Source: an uncultured Candidatus Saccharibacteria bacterium
GTDB lineage: Bacteria > Patescibacteriota > Minisyncoccia > UBA6257 > UBA9933
Assembly: GCA_964362385.1 (NCBI GenBank)
Contig: CAYIEH010000002.1
Span: 1-36,541 of the forward strand
Reading direction: 5' to 3'
DNA: 36,541 nt
Shown here piece by piece: positions 7,172 through 14,060 of this stretch. A program made the translations under genes and the position numbers. Below the pieces are notes generated by a model. The model did no database searches. It had not been told where the DNA came from and saw only the letters and a program-made list of their open reading frames with translations. How positions within the stretch are numbered: position 1 is the first letter of the stretch; every line of letters starts with the position of its first letter.

Positions 7172-7212
7172 TTGAAGCGCTTAGATATGAATAATTAAGA
7201 TTTTTGATTATT

Positions 7213-7241
7213 ATTGTAAAAATACCTCTAATATGGCATAA
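7213..7241 (+). promoter_or_regulatory. Candidate sigma-70 promoter for the ECF sigma operon
   Basis: TTGTAA (7213-7218), a 17-nt spacer, then an extended -10 TGg-CATAAT (7233-7241). Pattern match only. Confidence 0.3.
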
Positions 7242-7394
7242 TTTAACCATAAATAAGCCTAACAAGGTTTTTTTAGTTTAGGGAGGGCTTCAGCCGTAAA
7301 AAGCCCATAAAATAAGAAAGGTTTCTCCCCGTAGTAGTCCCGCCGCGGCAAGATCACTACAGGGTGAAACTATAAGGCAATTTCATCGTTTTCT

Positions 7395-7955
7395 ATGTTA
7401 GATGGCGATAAAAAATCAATAATAGAACGCGCCATTAGTGGCGAGGCCTCGGCTTTTGGCCTGCTTTATGATGAATACAATGAACGAATTTATCGTTTTA
7501 TTTATCTTAAAGTAAGCCATCGTGAGGAAGCCGAGGACCTTGCCCATCAAGTGTTCTTAAACGCTTGGCAGAATATTAAAAATTATAAATTCCAAGGAGT
7601 TCCCTTCCATAGCTGGCTTTATCAGATTGCCAGAAATCAAGTGATTGATCATTATCGGACGAAAAAACCAACCGTTAATATAGAATTGGTGAGTGAAACG
7701 ATAAGCTACAGCGAACTTCTGGCTGAAGATTTTGATGCGAATTCAGAGCTGGGCACGATAAAAAAAGCCATTTCAAAGCTCAATCAGGAACAACAGGATA
7801 TTATTATTATGAGATTTATAGAAGATCTTCCTCCTAAAGAAATTGCCTCGGTTTTAAAAAAGCCTGAAAGCACGGTCAGGGTATTACAGCACCGAGCTGT
7901 TAAAAATTTAAAAAAAATACTAAACCAGAACCAATCTGCGAACAAACGCAAATAG
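7395..7955 (+). CDS. RNA polymerase sigma-70 family ECF sigma factor
   Basis: Region 2 (EDLAHQVFLNAWQ, SWLYQIARNQVIDHYR) and region 4 (LPPKEIASVLKKPESTVRVLQHRAVKNLKK). Confidence 0.85.
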   Translation: MLDGDKKSIIERAISGEASAFGLLYDEYNERIYRFIYLKVSHREEAEDLAHQVFLNAWQNIKNYKFQGVPFHSWLYQIARNQVIDHYRTKKPTVNIELVSETISYSELLAEDFDANSELGTIKKAISKLNQEQQDIIIMRFIEDLPPKEIASVLKKPESTVRVLQHRAVKNLKKILNQNQSANKRK

Positions 7956-7965
7956 TATCGCTATT

Positions 7966-8502
7966 ATGGAAAAAGATATTCTAAAAATTCTAAATAAATT
8001 AAAAGAAATAAAACCGGATCCCGATTATGCTAAAAAATCGAGGATGTTGATTTTGGTTTCAAAACAGAACGAGTTAAAATCTCTGAATTTTGGTTTTAAA
8101 AATTTCACGGAGATTTTAAGATTTTCGGCGGTTGTCGGTCTCGCCGGCTTTTTATTGCTTTCGCTTTTAGAAGGCGTTTTCTATGTTAATAAAAACTTTT
8201 CTCCCTTAGCGCTTGAGGGCTTAAACCAAAAAAGCCTGATAACGGAAGCTGAAGGAATTAATAACTCTATCCAGATTACGCTTAAAGAAATAAAATATCT
8301 CGACCAATCAAATAAAAAAACCATCAATATGATAAATGAAATTTCAAAAAATGAGCCGGTATATTCAAATATTCCGATGAATTATTCTTCGGCTGAAGCA
8401 ACTTCAACTGAGGATATTGAAAATTTTTTGATAGAGAGCCCGACATCCACAGATATAAACGGACAAAACATTAATTCATTGCTTGATAAAGTGGCGCAGT
8501 AA
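7966..8502 (+). CDS. Putative anti-sigma factor (single-pass membrane protein)
   Basis: Lies immediately downstream of the ECF sigma factor. One central TM helix (FSAVVGLAGFLLLSLLEGVF). The call rests on position and topology only. Confidence 0.45.
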   Translation: MEKDILKILNKLKEIKPDPDYAKKSRMLILVSKQNELKSLNFGFKNFTEILRFSAVVGLAGFLLLSLLEGVFYVNKNFSPLALEGLNQKSLITEAEGINNSIQITLKEIKYLDQSNKKTINMINEISKNEPVYSNIPMNYSSAEATSTEDIENFLIESPTSTDINGQNINSLLDKVAQ

Positions 8503-8505
8503 TAT

Positions 8506-9342
8506 ATGAACAGATTAACTCAAACAATCTTATACGCCATGATCTTGGCCATTATGGCGGTATTTTTATTTAATGGCCGCGTTGCTCTTGCCGCCCCTGA
8601 CCAAAACGACAAAGCTACAAGCACTCAATTAACTCTCACAAGCGGCACAAGCGATTTTTCCGAATTAGACATAGAATCAAGAAAGCAAATCCTGATAAAT
8701 GTCCTGGAATTTTCAAAAAACGAAGTTTCAAGCCTAAAAGACGGCTTATTGAATTTAAAGCTGGATAATGACACCTGGCAACAGATTAGAGACGAATTCC
8801 TGAATAAACTTTCGAGTTTCTCCGATTATTATCAAGGCGCCGAGGATAAAATAAACAGCACCAGCTCCCCGCTCACGATAGATGATGTAAAATCATTAGC
8901 ATCCGCTCTTAAAGATTGGAGGGAAAATACATACAGTCCGGAGTTGGATAAAATAATAAATATGCTCTTGATTTTTGGAACAGATAATCTTCTAAAAACT
9001 ACGCAAAGCAGATTTGATAAAATTTCTTCTGATGTCAAAAAATTAGATAAACAACATTTTGTAAAAACCGATGCTCTAAAAAATTACTTGTCGCAAGCTG
9101 ATAAACATTTAAAGAACATGAAACGTTCAATTGACGGCGCTAAAAAGATTTTTCTTAAGTCGATTATAAATTCCGATGCCAAAAACACTTCTGACAAAGA
9201 TGTTGTAAAAAGCGCTGATATAAAAACTCAAGAAAATTCACAAGATACAATAAGAAAAATGGCGAAAGATTCATTAAAGGAACTGAAAATCACCTACGAA
9301 ATATTTTTCTCGATGAATAATAATATGAAATCCGGTCAGTGA
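8506..9342 (+). CDS. Secreted hypothetical protein (signal peptide, helical repeat-like)
   Basis: N-terminal signal-like sequence MNRLTQTILYAMILAIMAVFLFNGRVALA. It is the third gene of the sigma/anti-sigma unit. I recognise no catalytic motif. Confidence 0.5.
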   Translation: MNRLTQTILYAMILAIMAVFLFNGRVALAAPDQNDKATSTQLTLTSGTSDFSELDIESRKQILINVLEFSKNEVSSLKDGLLNLKLDNDTWQQIRDEFLNKLSSFSDYYQGAEDKINSTSSPLTIDDVKSLASALKDWRENTYSPELDKIINMLLIFGTDNLLKTTQSRFDKISSDVKKLDKQHFVKTDALKNYLSQADKHLKNMKRSIDGAKKIFLKSIINSDAKNTSDKDVVKSADIKTQENSQDTIRKMAKDSLKELKITYEIFFSMNNNMKSGQ

Positions 9343-9485
9343 AGCTCCACGGCTTTACAGCCGTGGCTTCTCTTCACACGCTTCGTCGGGCGAAACCCTC
9401 CGTAGCTCGGAGAGCGAAGGAGGATACCCTCATTCATCCCCGCCTTTACAGGCGGGGCTTTCTCCGCTTCGCGGAGGAGGGTAAA
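9339..9485. repeat. GC-rich structured repeat element of about 150 nt, copy A (intergenic)
   Basis: Hairpins CCACGGCT-TTAC-AGCCGTGG (9347-9366), CCCCGCCT-TTAC-AGGCGGGG (9438-9457) and ctccgc-ttc-gcggag (9462-9476). It is homologous in inverted orientation to 32287-32437. Both strands are free of stop codons. Confidence 0.7.
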
Positions 9486-9547
9486 ATTCAAGACATAAGA
9501 TTTAAGACGTACCCTGCTGACAGGCAGGGAAAAAAGCAAAAATAAAA

Positions 9548-9568
9548 AACGGTTGAGTGCCGTTTTTT
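9548..9568 (+). terminator. Rho-independent terminator (usable on both strands)
   Basis: aacgg-ttgagtg-ccgtt followed by tttttat. An A-run lies upstream, so it could also terminate minus-strand transcripts. Confidence 0.55.
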
Positions 9569-9651
9569 ATTTATCTTCCAATAGTAATAAAAATAGCCCG
9601 CCCCCTCACCGAGCAGACTATTTTTATTTATAAATACTTTAGAATTCTAAA

Positions 9652-9927
9652 TTATTTTACGGCTTCTTTCAAGGCCTTTGCAGCCCTGAATTTAGGCTTT
9701 ATTGAAGCGGCAATTTGAATCTTTTCTCCAGTCTTAGGATTAACGCCTTCGCGAGCAGCCCTTTTGGCGATTTTAAAAACTCCAAATCCGCTAATCGCCA
9801 CTTCTTCTCCTCTGCTTAAAGATTTAGTAATTGTATCAAAAATTGCGTCCACTATCTGGACCCCTTGTTTTTTAACTTCAATACCGGCTTCTTTCATTAC
9901 TGCCTCAACTAAATCAGGTTTTTTCAT
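9652..9927 (-). CDS. hup: HU family DNA-binding protein
   Basis: Typical HU sequence (MKKPDLVEAV ... FGVFKIAKRAAREGVNPKTGEKIQI). The track ORF extends to 9942 (MLNEH...). ATG 9927 gives the canonical HU N-terminus, but the start remains uncertain. Confidence 0.85.
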   Translation of the reverse strand: MKKPDLVEAVMKEAGIEVKKQGVQIVDAIFDTITKSLSRGEEVAISGFGVFKIAKRAAREGVNPKTGEKIQIAASIKPKFRAAKALKEAVK

Positions 9928-10085
9928 ATGTTCATTCAACATGAAACTTAAAACACAAGTTAATTATTCAGAAAGTTCCAAGTTTTATGTTTTATACTTT
10001 ATATTTTATGACTTTCCCGACCTTTATAAGTTAATTTACATTATAGACTATTGTATGGAAATTATCCAGTAAAAACAAGGCTTTA

Positions 10086-11609
10086 TCACTTGGCATATTC
10101 CACCGCTTTTACCTCCCTTATGACATTAACTTTAATCTCTCCGGGATATTTTAACTCTGATTCTATTTTAGCGGCAATATCTCTGGCCAGCTGAAAAGCT
10201 CCGAAGTCGTCAATTTTTTCCGGAATCACGAAAATTCTCAATTCTCTGCCGGCAGAAATCGCGTAAGCTGTTTTTACTCCCTGAAATCCGGTTGCGATTT
10301 TTTCCAGTTCCTCAAGCCGCTTCAGATAATTTTCCAGATTTTCCCTTCTGGCTCCAGGCCTTGCGGCTGACAAAGCGTCAACAGCCGCCACTATGTAAGA
10401 TTCCGGCGTTGAAAACGGATAGTCCTCATGATGGGATTCCATCGCCTTAATTACCTCCTCGCTTACCCCGTATTTCCTTAAAATCTTCTGGCCCAACTCA
10501 ACGTGGTTGCCGGCAACTTCATGGTCTATGGCTTTGCCGATATCGTGCAAAAGCGCCGCTTTTTTGGCAACTTCTGTATTAAGACCGAGTTCAGAAGCCA
10601 GCATAGAAGCAAGATGCGCGGCTTCTATGGAATGGATCAGAACATTCTGGCCATAACTTGTCCTGAAATGGAGCCGTCCTAAAAGCTGGATAATTTCCTT
10701 TGGCAAATCGTAAACCCCGACTTCATAAACCGCTTCTTCTCCGAGTTCCGAGATTCTTTTATTGATTTCCTGGCGCGCTTCTTCAACTTTCTCCTCAACT
10801 CTCGCCGGCTGAATTCTCCCGTCTTTAATTAACTTTTCCAAAGCAAGCCTGGCAATTTCTCTTCTTAACGGATCGAAAGAAGAAATTACAATGTAATCAG
10901 GGGCTTCGTCAATAATAAATTCAACTCCGGTAGATCTTTCAAGCGCTTTAATATTTCTTCCTTCGCGGCCGATGATTTTTCCTTTTAGGTCTTCGTTTTC
11001 AAGATTAAAAATCGTTGTTGTAATCTCGGAAACATGGGATCTGCTGTATCGCTGGATAGCGGTTGTTAAAATATCCAAACTTTTCTTTTCTAACTCTTCC
11101 CTTCTTTCTTTTTCTAATTTTTGAATCATCAAAGCCAGATCTTTTTGATGATCATCATAGACTTTCTTAAAAATCAAATCTTTCGCCTCTTCAGGAGTTA
11201 ATTGGGCGACTTTCTGAATTTCCCCGATTGCTTTATTTTTAAGCTCGTCAACTTCGCCTTCTTTGATTTTTAAATTATTAAATTCCTCGCTAAGGCGGGA
11301 CTCTTTTGTTTTAAGATTAAGGACTTCTTTTTCAATCGCCTCTTCTTTATTAATCAATCTTTCTTCCAATCGGTCTATCTGCGATTTTCTTTCTCTTTCT
11401 TCTTTTTTTGATTCCTCAATCAGCCCTGCGGATTTCTTTTGGGCTTCTAAAACGATTTCGTTGGCCTTTAATTTGGCCTCCTCAAGTTTCTCTTTTATTT
11501 TTTGCTCAACGCTATCTTTTGCGCGAAGGCCGAGAAATTGTCTAAGGGCATAGCCTAAAGCTGCTCCGATGAGCAATAAGAACGCCAAAAAAATTGGATT
11601 TTGAAACAT
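10086..11609 (-). CDS. rny: Ribonuclease Y
   Basis: N-terminal TM helix, a long E/K coiled-coil, a KH domain (GKIIGREGRNIKALE) and an HD domain (LLHDIGKAIDHE). Confidence 0.9.
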   Translation of the reverse strand: MFQNPIFLAFLLLIGAALGYALRQFLGLRAKDSVEQKIKEKLEEAKLKANEIVLEAQKKSAGLIEESKKEERERKSQIDRLEERLINKEEAIEKEVLNLKTKESRLSEEFNNLKIKEGEVDELKNKAIGEIQKVAQLTPEEAKDLIFKKVYDDHQKDLALMIQKLEKERREELEKKSLDILTTAIQRYSRSHVSEITTTIFNLENEDLKGKIIGREGRNIKALERSTGVEFIIDEAPDYIVISSFDPLRREIARLALEKLIKDGRIQPARVEEKVEEARQEINKRISELGEEAVYEVGVYDLPKEIIQLLGRLHFRTSYGQNVLIHSIEAAHLASMLASELGLNTEVAKKAALLHDIGKAIDHEVAGNHVELGQKILRKYGVSEEVIKAMESHHEDYPFSTPESYIVAAVDALSAARPGARRENLENYLKRLEELEKIATGFQGVKTAYAISAGRELRIFVIPEKIDDFGAFQLARDIAAKIESELKYPGEIKVNVIREVKAVEYAK

Positions 11610-11904
11610 GAATTGAATTGTTCGCTAACTTCATCATAGAGTATTCGCTAATATACGTTGTTGTAATCAACTCCCCGTTAGGGTCATTAAACGCAAATAT
11701 CCGAATATTTTATTCGTATATTATTTTAAAATTTGTATATTCGCGGTTAGTCAGGAACATTTGTTATTGTTTATAAATATCGATCGTTATAATTATAAAC
11801 CTGAAAAAGTCAAAAGTCAAAAAAATTATTGCTTATTTGGTGGCCTCGTAATTGGCTATTTTATTCGCGTTATTAAAATAAATTAGCGTTATTCGCGATT
11901 ACTC

Positions 11905-13266
11905 TTATTTATCCTGAGCCTGCCGAAGGACAACCATCAAATCCGCGACATTGAAGCTGTCTTTTTTGGCAAAAATCAAGTCTCCGGTTTTTTTGAAAAA
12001 ATTAAATGAGTTATGGGTTTCTAAAAATTCTCCGGGATTTAACTTTAGTTTTCTGGATTTTTGAATTGTCAAAATATCTCCTATAGCTCCGGCCGCTTCG
12101 GTATTGTCATGGCCGTCAGAAGCGAAAGACATTATCGCTAATTTAGAATTTAGAATATAGGATTTAGAATTTAGGGAATGAATTAACGCGCCCAATACGG
12201 CTTCCATATTACGCCCTCCTTTTCCTAATTTCTCATTTCTCATATCTAATTTCTTAAAATTCACCGTCGTTTCCCCTCCTGCCAAAATTATTTCGCCGCT
12301 TTTTGCCGCTTTCACTAACAAGTCCATGGCATTTCTCGCCTCACCCCGCAACATCAATGAATATATTTTTGGCTTAAGCCCTAATTTTCTCGCTTTTGCC
12401 ACCATTCCCAAAATAGCATCTTGATTGCAGGCAAAAAGAATGTTTCGCGCCTTTTTGAAATATTTTTTATTCTTTGGCGTTTCCATCAAATCGCGGATTA
12501 ACGCGGAACTATGCGCGGATTTACTCAGATATTTTTTAAGTACTCTTTCCGCGTCTTTTTTTACGGTTTTGTCATAAACCGTGGGACCGGAAGCGATTGT
12601 GGAAAAATCATTTCCGTACACATCAGAAACAATCAAGGAAACAAGGTTTGCCGGATAAGCCAGCTTTGTTAATCCCCCGCCTTTTATCTTTGATAGATGC
12701 TTCCTTACGATATTTAATTCCGAAATATCGGCGCCGGCCTTGGTTAAATTATTGAAAACTTCTAATTCATACCGAAGTTCATGTTTTGACCCGCACAGCA
12801 AAGCTGACCCGCCGCCGCAAATAAAAACAATCAGCAAATCATTTTTTTTCAAACCTTCTGCTAATTTCATGATTTTTTGGGTAGCTTTTATGTTTTGCTT
12901 GGATGGCAAAGGATGAGTGCCCTTTAAAATCTGAAAGTTGTTGATTGTCCGTCGTTTGTCGGGAATCTTAACGTCTAAAGCAATTCCGCCGAATAATCGC
13001 TTGCCTAAAATTTTGGCTAATTCCATTGAAGCCAAAGCCGACCCTTTTCCAACGCCAACAATAAATACCCTTTTAAAATCATCTAAATTCAGCGTTAAAG
13101 AGCTTGATTCGCGATGAATGTTGATTTTCAAAATATCGTTTTTAATTTTAACGCGGCTTTCAACAGTTTTTTTGATATTTATCGCTTCATATCCGGCTTC
13201 AGCGATTAAAAGGGCTTTTTTTCGAAGCGGAGTTTTGGCCAAATTTTTAAAATTAGTGATAATCAT
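11905..13266 (-). CDS. Glycerate kinase, MOFRL family (DUF4147 plus MOFRL)
   Basis: GVGKGSA, FICGGGSALL and GGETTV motifs. The track start 13281 is TTG and overlaps the upstream stop. ATG 13266 (MIITNFKNL) lies 4 nt after the ROK gene stop. Confidence 0.75.
   Translation of the reverse strand: MIITNFKNLAKTPLRKKALLIAEAGYEAINIKKTVESRVKIKNDILKINIHRESSSLTLNLDDFKRVFIVGVGKGSALASMELAKILGKRLFGGIALDVKIPDKRRTINNFQILKGTHPLPSKQNIKATQKIMKLAEGLKKNDLLIVFICGGGSALLCGSKHELRYELEVFNNLTKAGADISELNIVRKHLSKIKGGGLTKLAYPANLVSLIVSDVYGNDFSTIASGPTVYDKTVKKDAERVLKKYLSKSAHSSALIRDLMETPKNKKYFKKARNILFACNQDAILGMVAKARKLGLKPKIYSLMLRGEARNAMDLLVKAAKSGEIILAGGETTVNFKKLDMRNEKLGKGGRNMEAVLGALIHSLNSKSYILNSKLAIMSFASDGHDNTEAAGAIGDILTIQKSRKLKLNPGEFLETHNSFNFFKKTGDLIFAKKDSFNVADLMVVLRQAQDK
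12142..12176. repeat. Heptanucleotide tandem array (tttagaa-like x5) inside the glycerate kinase gene
   Basis: Units are tttagaa, tttagaa, tatagga, tttagaa, tttaggg. It encodes SLNSKSYILNSKL. Confidence 0.8.
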
Positions 13267-13270
13267 TATT

Positions 13271-14053
13271 TTATTTTTCAAATAACAGCGCCGCGCCGAT
13301 AGCTGAAGAAAATTCGCCGATTTTGCTTTTAATAATCGGCGTCTTTTTGCTCAACGGCGACATAATAAATTTTCTGGCTATTTTTTTAACGACCGAAAGC
13401 TTAACTTTATTATTGACAACTCCACCGCCGCCCAAAACAACCGCATCCGGGTCAAAGGCATTAATAACGTTGGCAACCCCAATGCCGATAATTTTACTGC
13501 GGTCGCCGGATTTCAAATAGGCTTTTTTGGCGCCGAGTTGCTCTAATGTTTTATAATTATCTGTTATCATATAGCCGAATTCGCCGGCAGTGCCGTTTTT
13601 ACCTTTATAAATTTTTCCGTTTATTATCAATCCTCCGCCTATACCAGTACCGATGGTTAAAGCCGCGATATTTTTAAAATTTTTTGCCGCGCCTAAAATT
13701 TTTTCGGCGCGCAAAAAACACCTACTATCGTTATCCAGCAACACTTTTTTGGAAAATTCCAAGAAAAATTTCTTAGCGGGCCAATTTTTTAAATAATGGA
13801 TATTGGGAGCTTTAATAAAAATGCCCCTTTTAAAATCAATCGCGCCGGGTAAGCCGACTCCAATGCCATTAAATGATTTTTTATCTTCAAATTTTTTAAT
13901 TTCTCGTTCAAGCGCTTTTAAAAAATCGCGTTTATTATTGGGTGTTTTAATTAAAAATTTATGAAGCGGCGGGAATTTTATGTCGTCAACAATAACTCCT
14001 CTGATTTTGGTGCCTCCGATATCTATGCCAAGATAATTTTTTTTTGTTTTCAT
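13271..14053 (-). CDS. ROK family sugar kinase (glucokinase-like)
   Basis: LGIDIGGTKIRG and GTGIGGGLIINGKIYKGKNGTAGEFG motifs. Start moved to ATG 14053 (MKTKKNYLGIDIGGT), just after the upstream gene stop at 14061. Confidence 0.8.
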   Translation of the reverse strand: MKTKKNYLGIDIGGTKIRGVIVDDIKFPPLHKFLIKTPNNKRDFLKALEREIKKFEDKKSFNGIGVGLPGAIDFKRGIFIKAPNIHYLKNWPAKKFFLEFSKKVLLDNDSRCFLRAEKILGAAKNFKNIAALTIGTGIGGGLIINGKIYKGKNGTAGEFGYMITDNYKTLEQLGAKKAYLKSGDRSKIIGIGVANVINAFDPDAVVLGGGGVVNNKVKLSVVKKIARKFIMSPLSKKTPIIKSKIGEFSSAIGAALLFEK

Positions 14054-14060
14054 TTTATTT

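Noticed and set aside
7116-7194. Stop-codon read-through of macB TAG to reach the second EALRYE-stop copy
   Set aside because: An in-frame TGA occurs at 7146-7148, and the two copies are 76 nt apart, which is not a multiple of 3.
9339-9530. The GC-rich block as a known housekeeping ncRNA (SRP 4.5S, 6S, RNase P RNA, tmRNA)
   Set aside because: I could not find the SRP domain IV GNAR-loop/AGCA motif, RNase P P4 sequences (GAGGAAAGUCC), a tmRNA tag ORF or tRNA-like end, or a 6S-like long irregular duplex with a central bubble. A second copy inside comFC argues for a repeat.
9336-9545. Two mutually antisense ORFs (67 aa on the minus strand, 68 aa on the plus strand) covering the GC-rich block
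   Set aside because: Both strands are open only because the block is GC-rich and palindromic. There is no RBS, the start contexts are poor, and the same sequence recurs as a nucleotide-level repeat. I treat it as a repeat or structured element, not as genes.
11905-11935. The GC-richer 3' tail of the glycerate kinase gene (encoding LRQAQDK-stop) as another inserted element supplying a new C-terminus
   Set aside because: It is too short, has no clear palindrome or flanking duplication, and I cannot distinguish it from ordinary sequence without orthologue alignment.
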